Positions 1 through 13,189 of a DNA stretch of 64,000 nucleotides are shown one piece after another. The notes below the pieces were generated by a model that saw only the letters and a program-made list of their open reading frames with translations, was not told where the DNA came from and ran no database searches. Source of the DNA: the human T2T-CHM13v2.0 reference genome, Homo sapiens; assembly GCF_009914755.1 (NCBI RefSeq), contig NC_060933.1; one strand, given 5' to 3'. The translations under genes were made by a program, and so were the position numbers. The first letter of the stretch is position 1. The number at the start of each line of letters is the position of its first letter.

Positions 1-260
1 ATTCCATTCCGGATGATTCCATTCCATTGCATTCCGTTCCATTACATTCCCCTGCACTCGCGTTGATTCCATTCCATTCCATTCCATTCAATTCCATTCC
101 ATTACAATTCGTTCCATTCCATTCTATTCCGTACCATTCCATTCCATTCCATACCATTCCATTGCATTCCATTCCATTCCATTCCGTTCCATTCCTTTCC
201 ATTCCATTCCATTCCATTCTATTCGGGTTAATTCCATTCCATTCCATTCTATTCCATTCC

Positions 261-860
261 ATTCCATTCTATTCCATTCCATTGCAATCGAGTTGAATCC
301 ATTGCATTTCATTCCATTCTATTCCATTCCACTCCATTCCGGAAGATTCCATTCCATTGCATTCCATTCCATTCCAATCCCCTGCACTCGCGTTGATTCC
401 ATTCCATTCCATTCCATTCCATTCCATTCCATTCCATTCCGTTCCGTTCCATTCCATTCCATTCCATTCCATTCCATTCCGTTCCGTTCCATTCCATTCC
501 ATGCCATTCTATTTGGGTTAATTCCATTCCATTCCATTCGATTGCAATCGAGTTGATTCCATTCCATTCCATTCCATTCTATTCCATTCCATTGCAATCG
601 AGTTGAATCCATTGCATTTCATTCCATTCTATTCCATTCCATTCCATTCCGGAAGATTCCATTCCATTGCATTCCATTCCATTCCAATCCCCTGCACTCG
701 CGTTGATTCCATTCCATTCCATTCCATTCCATTCTATTCCATTCCATTCCGTTCCGTTCCATTCCATTCCATTCCATTCCATTCCGTTCCGTTCCATTCC
801 ATTCCATGCCATTCTATTCGGGTTAATTCCATTCCATTCCATTCGATTGCAATCGAGTTG
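261..860 (+). repeat. Local tandem duplication, ~310-bp unit x2
   Basis: ATTGCAATCGAGTTGAATCC at 281 and 591; GGAAG at 341 and 651; shared private variants ATTCCAATCCCCTGC and ATGCCATTCT. Confidence 0.85.
336..350. promoter_or_regulatory. Perfect three-unit heat-shock-element match nTTCnnGAAnnTTCn (first of about 45 copies; function unproven)
   Basis: aTTCc-gGAAg-aTTCc fits the canonical HSF1 inverted nGAAn array. This is a motif match only. Confidence 0.45.
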
Positions 861-3800
861 ATTCCATTCCATTCCATTCCATTCCATTCCATTCCATTCC
901 ATTCCATTCCATTCCTCTCCATTCCATTACGGATGATTACATTCCATTGCATTCCATTCCATTCCATTCCCCTGTACTCGGATTGATTCCATTCCATTCT
1001 ATTCCAATCCATGCCATTCCACTCGTGTTGATTCCATTCTTTCCATTCCATTCAAGTTGAATCCATTCCATTGCATTCCATTCCATTCGATTCCATTCGA
1101 TTGCACTCGGGTTGATTCCATTCCATTCCATTCCATTCCATTCCATTCCATTCCATTCCGGATGATTCCATTCCATTGCATTCCGTTCCATTACATGCCC
1201 CTGCACTCGGGTTGATTCCATTCCATTCCATTCCATTCCATTCCATTCCATTCCATTCCGTTCCATTCCATTTCATTACATTCAGATTGATTCTATTCAA
1301 TTCCCTTACACTCCATTATATTCCAATCCATTCTTGTTGTCTCCATTCCATTCCATTCCATTTCACTCCATTCCATTGCACTCGGGTTGATTCCATTCCA
1401 TTCCATTCCATTGCATTCCACTCCATTCCATTCCGGATGATTCCATTCCATTTCATTCCATTCCATTCCATTCCTCTGCACTCGGGTTGATTCCATTCCA
1501 TTCCATTACATTACATTCCGTTCCATTCCATTGCATTCCTTTCGGATTCATTCTATTCAATTCCCTTACACTCCATTACATTCCATTCCATTTGGGTAGG
1601 TTCCATTCCATTCCATTCCATTCCTCTCCATTCCATTGCACTCGGGTTGATTCCATTCCATTCCATTCCATTCCATTACATTACATTACATTACATTACA
1701 TTCCGTTCCATTGTAGTCGGTTTGATTCCATTCCATTGCATTCCATTCCATTCCATTCCATTCCATTCCATTCCATACCATTCCATTCCATTCCGTTCCA
1801 TTCCATTACATTCGGATTGATTCTATTCAACTCCCTTACTCTCCATTACATTCCATTCCATTCGGGTTGTTCCATTCCATTCCATTCCATTCCACTCCAT
1901 TCCATTGCACTCGGGTTGATTCCATTCCATTCCATTCCATTCCATTCCATTCCATTCCATTCCGGATGATTCCATTCCATTGCATTCCGTTCCATTACAT
2001 GCCCCTGCACTCGGGTTGATTCCATTCCATTCCATTCCATTCTATTCGATTCCATTCCATTCCAATTCTTTCCATTCCATTCTATTCCGTACCATTCCAT
2101 TCCATTCCATACAATTCCATTCCATTCCATTCCACTCCGTTCCGTTCCGTTCCGTTCCGTTCCGTTCCATTCCATTACATTCCATTCTATTCGGTTTAAT
2201 TCCATTCCATTCCATTCCATTCCATTCTATTCCATTCCATTGCAATCGAGTTGAATCCACTGCATTCCGTTCCATTCCATTCCATTCCATTCCATTCCGG
2301 AAGATTCCATTCCATTGTATTCCATTCCATTCCATTCCATTCCATTACATTCCATTCCATTGTACTCTGGTTGATTCCATTCCATTGCATTCCATTCCAT
2401 TCCATACCATTCCATTCCATTCCGTTCCATTCCATTCCATTACATTAGGATTGATTCTTTTCAACTCCCTTACTCTCCATTACATTCCATTCCATTCGGG
2501 TTATTCCATTCCATTCCATTCCATTCCACTCCATTCCATTTCACTCGGGTTGATTCCATTCCATTCCATTACATTACATTCCGTTCCATTACATTCCATT
2601 CCATTCGGATTTATTCTATTCAATTCCCTTACTCTTCATTACATTCCATTCCATTTGGGTAGTTTCCATTCCATTCCATTCCATTCCTCTCTATTCCATT
2701 GCACTCGGGTTGATTCCATTCCATTCCATTCCATTCCATTCCATTCCATTCCATTCCATTCCATTCCTTTCCATTCCATTCCATTCCATTGTACTCGGGT
2801 TGATTCCATTCCATTGCATTCCATTCCATTCCATTCCATTCCGTTCCATTCCATTCCATTACATTCGGATTGATTCTATTCAACTCCCTTACTCTCCATT
2901 GCATTCGATTCCATTCGGGTTGTTCCATTCCATTCCATTCCATTCCACTCCATTCCATTGCACTCGGGTTTATTCCATTCCATTCCATTCCATTCCGGAA
3001 GATTCCATTCCATTGCATTCCATTACATTCCATTCCCCTGCACTCGCGTTGATTCCATTCCATTCCATTCCATTCCAATCCATTCCATTCCATTCCATTC
3101 CATTCCATTCCATTCCTTTCCGTTCCATTCCATTCCATTCCATTCCATTCGATTCCATTCCGTTCCGTTCCGTTCCATTCCATTCCATTCAATTCTATTC
3201 GGGTTAATTCCATTCCATTCCATTCCATTCGATTGCAATCGAGTTGATTCCGTTCCATTCCATTCCATTCCATTCCATTCCATTCCATTCCTTTCCATTC
3301 CATTACGGATGATTCCATTCCATTGCATTCCATTCCATTCCCCTGTACTCGGGTTGATTCCATTCCATTCCATTCCAATCCATGCTATTCCACTCGTGTT
3401 GATTCCATTCTTTCCATTCCATTCAAGTTGAATCCATTCCATTGCATTCCATTCCATTCGATTCCACTCGATTGCACTCGGCTTCATTCCATTCCATTGC
3501 ATTCCATTCCATTCCATTTCATTCCATTCCATTCCTTTCCATTCCATTCCATTCCATTCCATTCCATTCCATTGCAATCGAGTTGATTCCATTCCATTCC
3601 TTTCCATTCCATTCCATTGCCTTGCATTCCACTCGGGTTGATTCCATTCCCTTTTTTCCACTCCATTACATTCCCTTCCATTCCACTCGGAATGATTGAT
3701 TCCACTCCATTCCATTCCATTTCATTCCACTGCAATCCATTCCAATCCATTCCATTCCATTCCATTCCACTCGAGTTGATTTCATTCCATTCCTTTCCAT

Positions 3801-6800
3801 TCCATTCCATTCCTTTCCACTCGAGTTGATTCCATTCCATTCCATTCCATTCCATTCCATTCCTTTCCATTCCATTACGGATGATTCCATTCCATTGCAT
3901 TCCATTCCATTCCATTCCCCTATACTCGGGTTGATTCCATTCCATTCCATTCCATTTAATTCCATTCCATTCCATTCCATTCCATTCCATTCTAATCCGT
4001 TCCATTCCATTCCATTCCATTCCATTGCAATCGACTTGATTCCATTCCATTCCATTCCATTCCATTCAATTCCATTCCATTCCATTTTGTTCCAATCCAT
4101 TCTATTCCGAACCATTCCATTCCATTCCATTCCATTCCATTCCATTCCATTCCATTCCATGCCATTCCACTCGGGTTGATTCCATTCCTTTCCATTCCAT
4201 TCGTTTTGAATCCATTCCACTCCATTCCATTCCATTCGAATCCATTCCATTGCACTCGGGTTGATTCCATTCTATTCCATTCCATTCGATTCCATTCCAT
4301 TCCATTCCATTCCGTTCCATTCCATTTCATTACATTCAGATTGATTCTATTCAATTCCCTTACACTCCATTATATTCCAATCCATTCTGGTTGTTTCCAT
4401 TCCATTCCATTCCATTTCACTCCATTCCTTTGCACTCGGTTTGATTCCATTCCATTCCATTCCATTCCATTCCGGATGATTCCATTCCATTGCATTCCAT
4501 TCCATTCCATTCCCCTGCACTCAGGTTGATTCCATTCCATTCCATTCCACTCCATTCGGTTCCGTTCCATTCCATTCTATTGCATTCCATTCTATTCGGG
4601 TTAATTCCATTTCATTCTAATTCATTCCATTCCATTCCATTCCATTGCAATGGAGTTGACTTCATTCCATTCCATTCCATTCCGGATGATTCCATTCCAT
4701 TGCATTCCATTCCATTCCATTCCCCTGCACTCGTGTTGATTCCATTCCCTTCCATTCCATTCCATTCCGTTCCATTCCATTGCATTCCATTCTATTCCGG
4801 TTAATTCCATTCCATTCCATTCCATTCCATTCCATTCCATTCCGTTGCAATCGAGTTGATTCCATTCCATTCCTTTCCATTCCATTCCATTGCCTTGCAT
4901 TCCACTCGGGTTGATTCCATTCCCTTCTTTCCACTCCATTACATTCCCTTCCATTCCACTCGGAATGATTGATTCCATTCCATTCCATTCCATTACATTC
5001 CATTGCAATCCATTCCAATCCATTCTATTCCATTCCATTCCACTCGAGTTGATTTCATTCCATTCCTTTCCATTCCATTCCATTCCTTTCCACTCGAGTT
5101 GATTCCATTCCATTCCATTCCATTGCATTCCATTCCATGCCATTCCACTCGGGTTGATTCCATTCCTTTGCATTCCATTCCATTCCATTCCATTCCATTC
5201 CATTCCATTCCGTTGCATTCCATTCCATTACATTCGGATTGATGCTATTCAACTCCCTTACTCTCCATTACATTCCATTCCATTCGGTTTATTCCATTCT
5301 ATTCCATTGCATTCCATTCCATTCCATTCCATCACAATCGAGTTGGTTCCATTCCATTCCTTTCCATTCCATTCCATTCCATTCCATTCCGGATGATTCC
5401 ATTCCATTACATTCCGTTCCATTACATTCCCCTGCACTCGGGTTGATTCCATTCCATTCCAATCCATTCCATTCGATTCCATTCCATTCCATTCCATTCC
5501 ATTCCATTCCATTCCGTTCCGTTCCGTTCCGTTCCATTCCATTCCATTCCATTTTATTCGGGTTAATTCCATTCCATTCCATTCCATTCCATTCTATTCC
5601 ATTCCATTGCAATCGAGTTGAATCCATTGCATTCAATTCCATTCCATTCCATTCCATTGCAATCGAGTTGAATCCATTGCATTCCATTCCATTCCATTCC
5701 GGAAGATTCCATTCCATTGCATTCCATTCCATTCCATTCCCCTGCACTCGCGTTGATTCCATTCCATTCCATTCCATTCCGTTCCGTTCCGTTCCGTTCC
5801 ATTCCATTCTATTCCGTTCGGTTCCGTTCCGTTCCATTCCATTCCATTCTATTCGGGTTAATTCCATTCCATTCCATTCGATTGCAATCGAGTTGATTCC
5901 ATTCCATTCCATTCCATTGCATTCCATTGCATTCCATTCCATTCCTTTCCATTCCATTACGGATGATTCCATTCCACTGCATTACATTCCATTCCATTCC
6001 CCTGTACTCGGGTTGATTCCATTCTATTCCATTCCATTCCATTCCATTCTATTCCATTCCATTCCATTCCATTCCGGAGGATTCCATTCCATTGCATTCC
6101 ATTCCATTCCATTCCCCTGCACTCGCGTTGATTCCATTCCATTCCATTCCATTCCATTCCATTCCATTCCATTCCGATCCGTTCCATTACATTCCATTCC
6201 ATTCCATTCCGTTCCGTTCCATTCCATTCCATTCCATTCTATTCGGGTTAATTCCATTCCATTCCATTCGATTGCAATCGAGTTGATTCCATTCCATTGC
6301 ATTCCAATCCATGCCATTCCACTCATTCTGATTCCATTCTTTCCATTCCATTCAAGTTGAATCCATTCCATTGCATTCCATTCCATTCGATTCCATTCGA
6401 TTGCACTCGGGTTGATTCCATGGCATTGCATTCCATTCCATTCCATTCCATTCCATTCCTTTCCATTCCATTCCATTCCATTCCATTCGGATTCATTCTA
6501 TTCAATTCCCTTACACTCCATTACATTCCATTCCATTCGTGTAGTTTCCATTCCATTCCATTCTATTCCTTTCCATTCCATTGCACTCGGGTTGATTCCA
6601 TTCCATTCCATTCCATTCCATTCCATTCCATTCCGGATGATTCCATTCCATGGAATTCCATTGCATTCCATTCCCCTGCACTTGGGTTGATTCCAATCCA
6701 TTCCATTCCATTCCTTTCTTTTCCATTCCATTCCATTCCATTCCATTCCATTCTTTCGTGTTAATTCCATTCCATTCTATTCCATTCCATTCCATTGAAA

Positions 6801-9800
6801 TCGGGTTGATTCCATTCCATTCCATTCCATTCCATTCCGGATGATTCCATTCCATTGCATTCCATTCCTTTCCATTCCCCTGCACTCGGGTTGATTCCAT
6901 TCAATTCCATTCCATTACATTCCATTCCATTCCGTTCCATTTCATTCTATTCGGGTTAATTCCACTCCATTCCATTCCACTCCATTCCAGTCCTTTCCAT
7001 TGCATTCCACTCGGGTTGATTCCATTCTATTTCTTTCAATTCCATTCCATTCCATTGCAATCGAGTTGATTCCATTCGAGTTGAATCCATTCCATTCCAT
7101 TCCATTCCATTCCATTGCACACGGGTTCATTCCATTCCATTCCATTCCATTCCATTCCATTCCATATCATTCCATTCCATTCTATTCCGTACCATTCCAT
7201 TCCATCCCATTCCATTCCGTTCCATTCCATGCCATTACACTCGGGTTGATTCCATTCCTTTCCATTCCATTCTTGTTGAATCCATTCCATTCCATTCCAT
7301 TCCATTCGAATCCATTCCATTGCACTCGGGTTGATTCCATTCCATTCCATTCCATTCCATTCCATTTCATTCCATTCCATTCCATTACATTCGGATTGAT
7401 TCTATTCAATTCCCTTACACTCCATTACATTCCATTACATTCGGGATGTTTCCATTCCATTCCATTCCATTCCACTCCATTCCATTGCATCAGGTTGATT
7501 GCATTCCATTCCATTCCATTCCATTACGGATGATACCATTCCATTGCATTCCATTCCATTGCATTCCCCTGTAGTCGGGTTGATTCCATTCCATTCCATT
7601 CCATTCCATTCCATTCCATTCCTTTCCATTCCATTCCATTCCATTCCATTCCTTTCCGTTCCATTCCATTCCATTCCATTCTATTCCGGTTAATTCCATT
7701 CCATTCCATTTTATTCCATTCCATTCCATTCCATTCCATTGCAATCGAGTTGATTCCATTCCATTCCATTCCATTCCGTTCCGGATGATTCCATTCCATT
7801 CCATTCCATTTCATTCCATTCCCCTGCAGTCGGGTTGATTCCATTCCATTCCATTCCATTCCATTCCGTTCCATTCCATTCCATTCTATTCTATTCGTGT
7901 TAATTCCATTCCATTCCATTCCATTCCATTCCATTCCAGTCGAGTTGATTCCATTCCATTCCATTCTATTCCATTCCACTCCATTCCAGTCCTTTCCATT
8001 CCATTACACTCGGGTTGATTCCATTCTATTCCTTTCCATTCCATTCCATTCCATTGCAATCGAGTTGATTCCATTGCTTTGCATTCCATTCCATTCCATT
8101 CCATTCCGGATGATTCCATTCCATTGCATTCCATTCCATTCCATTCCCCTGCACTCGGGTTGATCCCATTCCATTCCACTCCATTCCGTTCCATTCCGTT
8201 CCATTCCATTGTATTCGGGTTAATTCCATTCCATTCCATTCCATTCCATTCCATTCCATTCCATTCCATTACAATCGAGTTGATTCCATGCCATTCCATT
8301 CCATTCCAGTCCTTTCCATTCCATTCCACTCGGTTTGATTCCATTCTATTAGTTTCCATTCCATTCCATTCCCTTCCATTCCACTCTGGTTGATTCCATT
8401 CCTTTCCATTCCACTCGAATACATTCCCTCCTATTCCACTCGGAACGATTCCATTCCATTCCATTCCATTCCATTCCATTCCATTCCATTCCAGTTCGTT
8501 CCATTTCATTCTATTCCGTACCATTCCACTCCATTCCATTCCTTTCCATTCCATTCCTTTCCACCCGTGTTGATTCCATTCCTTTCCATTCCATTCGGTT
8601 TGAAGGCATTCCATTCCATTCCATTCCATTCCATTCCATTCCATTCCATTCTATTCCATTCCATTGCAATCGAGTTTAATCCATTGCCTTTCATGCCATT
8701 CCATTCCATTCCATTCCATTCCGGAAGATTCCATTCCATTACATTCCATTCCATTCCATTCCCCTGCACTCGCGTTGATTCCATTCCATTCCATTCCATT
8801 CCATTCCGTTCCGTTCCATTCCATTCCATTCCATTCCATTCCGTTCCGTTCCGTTCCATTCCATTCCATTCCATTCTATTCGGGTTAATTCCATTCCATT
8901 CCATTTGATTGCCATCGAGTTGATTCCATTCCATTCCATTCCATTCCATTCCATTCCATTCCATTCCTTTCCATTCCATTACGGATGACTCCATTCCATT
9001 GCATTCCATTCCATTCCATTCCCCTGTACTCGGGTTGATTCCATTCCATTCCATTCTACTCCATTCGGCTCCGTTGCATTCCATTCTATTGCATTCCATT
9101 CTATTCGGGTTAATTCCATTCCATTCTATTCCATTCCATTCCATTCCATTCCATTACATTCGGATTGATTCTATTCAACTCCCTTACTCTCTACTACATT
9201 CCATTAAATTCGGGTTGTTCCATTCCATTCCATTCCATTCCACTCCATTCCATTGCACTCGGGTTGATTCCATTCCATTCCATTCCATTCCATTCCATTA
9301 CAATCGAGTTGATTCCCTTCCATTCCATTCCATTCCAGTCCTTTCCATTCCATTCCACTCGGGTTGATTCCATTCTATTAGTTTCCATTGCATTCCATTC
9401 CCTTCCATTCCACTCTGGTTGATTCCATTCCTTTCCATTCCACTCGAATACATTCCCTCCTATTCCACTCAGAACGATTCCATTCCATTCCATCCCATTC
9501 CATTCCATTCCATTCCATTCCATTTCGTTCCATTCCATTTCGTTCCATTCCATTCTATTCCATTCCATTCCATTCCATTCCGTTCCATTCCATTCCGTTC
9601 CATTCCATTCCGTTCCATTCCATTACATTCGGATTGATTCTTTTCAACTCCCTTACTCTCCATTACATTACATTCCATTCGGATTGTTCCATTCCATTCC
9701 ATTCCATTCCACTCCATTCCATTCAATTCCATTCCGTTCCATTCCATTCCATTACATTCGGATTGATTCTATTCAACTCCCTTACCCTCCATTACATTCG

Positions 9801-12800
9801 ATTCCATTCGTGTTGTTCCATTCCATTCCATTCCATTCCACTCCATTCTATTGCACTCGGGTTGATTCCATTCCATTCCATTCTATTCCATTCCATTCCA
9901 TTCCGTTGCATTCCATTCCATTACATTCGGATTGATTCTATTCAAATCCTTTACTCTCCATTATATTCCATTCTATTCTGGTTGTTCCATTCCATTCCAT
10001 TCCATTCCACTCCATTCCATTGCACTCGGGTTGATTCCATTCCATTCCATTCCATTCCATTCCATTCCATTCCATTCCGGATGATTCCATTCCATTGCAT
10101 TCCATTCCATTACATTCCCCTGCACTCGCGTTGATACCATTCCATTCCACTCCATTCCATTCAATTCCATTCCATTACAATTCGTTCCATTCCATTCTAT
10201 TCCGTACCATTCCATTCCATTTCATACCATTCCATTCCGTTCCATTCCATTCCATTCCATTCTATTCGGGTTAATTCCATTCCATTCCATTCCATTCCAT
10301 TCTATTCCATTCCATTGCAATCGTGTTGAATCCATTGCATTTCATTCCATTCCATTCCATTCCATTCCATTTCGCAAGATTCCATTCCATTGCATTCCAT
10401 TCCATTCCATTCCCCTGCACTCGCGTTGATTCCATTCCATTCCATTCCATTCCATTCCATTCCGTTCCGTTCCTTTCCATTCCATTCCTTTCCATTCCAT
10501 TCCATTCCTTTCCATTCCGTTCCATTCCATTCCCTTCCATTCTATTGGGGTTAATTCCATTCCATTCCATTCTATTGCAATCGTGTTGATTCCAATCCGT
10601 TCCGTTCCATTCCATTCCATTCCATTCCATTCCATTCCATTCCATTCCTTTCCATTCCATTACGGATGATTCCATTCAATTGCAATGCATTCCATTCCAT
10701 TCCCCTGTACTCGGGTTGATTCCATTCCATTGCATTCCAATCCATGCCCTTCCACTCGTGTTGATTCCATTCTTTCCATTCCATTCAAGTTGAATCCATT
10801 CCATTGCATTCCATTCCATTCGATTCCATTCGATTGCACTCGGGTTGATTCCATTCCATTGCATTCCATTCCATTCCATTCCATTCCATTCCATTCCATT
10901 CCGTTCCATTCCATTCCATTACATTCGGATTGATTCTATTCAATTCCCTTACACTCCATTACATTCCATTCCATTCGGGTAGTTTCCATTCCATTCCATT
11001 CCATTCCTCTCCATTCCATTGCACTCGGGTTGATTCCATTCCATTGCATTCCATTCCATTCCATTCAATTCCATTCCGTTCAATTCCATTCCATTACATT
11101 CGGATTGATTCTATTCAACTCCCTTACTCTCCGTTACATTCCATTCCATTCGGGTTGTTCCATTCCATTCCATTCCATTCCACTCCATTCCATTGCACTC
11201 GGGTTGATTCCATTCCATTCCATTCCATTCCATTCCGGAAGATTCCATTCCATTGCATTCTATTCCATTCCATTACCCTGCACTCGCGTTGATTCCATTC
11301 CATTCCATTCTATTCCATTCCATTCCATTCCATTCCGTTCCGTTCCATTCCATTCCATTCCATTCCATTCTATTCGGGTAAATTCCATTCCATTCCATTC
11401 GATTGCAATCGAGTTGATTCCATTCCATTCTATTCCATTCCATTCCATTCCATTCCTTTCCATTCCATTACGGATGATTCCATTCCATTGCATTCCATTC
11501 CATTCCATTCCCCTGTACTCGGGTTGATTCCATTCCATTCCATTCCAATCCTTGCCATTCCACTCGTGTTGATTCCATTCTTTCCATTCCATTCAAGTTG
11601 AATCCATTCCATTGCATTCCATTCCATTCGATTCCATTCGATTGCACTCGGGTTGATTCCATTCCATTGCATTCCATTCCATCCCATTCCATTCCATTCC
11701 ATTCCGTTCCATTACATTCAGATTGATTCTATTCAATTCCCTTACATTCCATTATATTCCAATCCATTCTGGTTGTTTCCATTCCATTCCATTCCATTTC
11801 ACTCCATTCCATTGCCCTCGGGTTGATTCCATTCCATTCCATTCCATTGCATTCCATTCCATTCCATTCCGGATGATTCCATTCCACTGCATTCCATTCC
11901 ATTCCATTCCCCTGCACTCGGGTTGATTCCATTCCATTCCATTCCATTATTTTCCGTTCCATTCCATTCCATTCCATTCCGTTCCATTGTACTCGGGTTG
12001 ATTCCATTCCATTGCATTCCATTCCATTCCATTCCATTCCATTCCATTCCAATCCGATCCATTCCATTACATTCGGATTGATTCTATTCAACTCCCTTAC
12101 TCTCCATTTCATTCCATTCCATTCGGGTTGTTCCATTCCATTCCATTCCATTCGACTCCATTCCATTGCACTCGGGTTGATTCCATTCCATTCCATTCCA
12201 TTCCATTCCATTCCATTCCATTCCATTCTGGATGATTCCATTCCATTGCATTCCGTTCCATTACATTCCCCTGCACTCGGGTTGATTCCATTCCATTCCA
12301 TTCCATTACATTCCATTCCAATTCTTTCCATTCCATTCTATTCCGTACCATTCCATTCCATTCCATACAATTCCATTCCATTCCTTTCCACTCTGTTCCG
12401 TTCCGTTCCGTTCCGTTCCGTTCCATTCCATTCCATTCCATTCTATTCGGTTTAATTCCATTCCATTCCATTCCACTCCATTCTATTCCATTCCATTGCA
12501 ATCGAGTTGAATCCACTGCATTCCATTCCATTCCATTCCATTCCATTCCATTCCATTCCATTCCATTCCGGAAGATTCCATTCCATTCCATTCCATTCCA
12601 TTCCATTCCATTCCATTCCATTCCATTCCATTGTACTCGGGTTGATTCCATTCCATTGCATTCCATTCCATTGCATTCCATTCCATTCCATTCCGTTCCA
12701 TTCCATTCCATTACATTCGGATTGTTTCTTTTCAACTCCCTTACTCTCCATTACATTCCATTCCATTCGGGTTGCTCCATTCCATTCCATTCCATTTAAC

Positions 12801-13189
12801 TCCATTCCATTTCACTCGGGTTGATTCCATTGCATTCCATTCCATTCCAATCCGGATGATTCCATTCCATTGCATTCCATTCCATTACATTCCCCTGCAC
12901 ACGGGTTGATTCCATTCCATTCCATTCCATTCCATTCGATTCCATTCCATTCCCCTGCACTCGCGTTGATTCCATTCCATTCCATTCCATTACATTACAT
13001 TACATTCCATTCCATTCCATTCCTTTCCATTCCAGTCCTTTCCATTCCATTCCACTCGGGTTGATTCCATTCTATTAGTTTCCATTCCATTCCATTCCCT
13101 TCCATTCCACTCGTGTTGATTCCATTCCTTTCCATTCCATTCGGTTTGAAGGCATTCCATTCCATTCCATTCCATTCCATTCCATTCCA

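Noticed and set aside
339-346. ETS-like CCGGAAG / CCGGATG cores and STAT-like TTCCGGAA
   Set aside because: The flanks do not match the ETS consensus ACCGGAAGT, and STAT sites need TTC-N3-GAA whereas this is N2. The HSE reading fits better.
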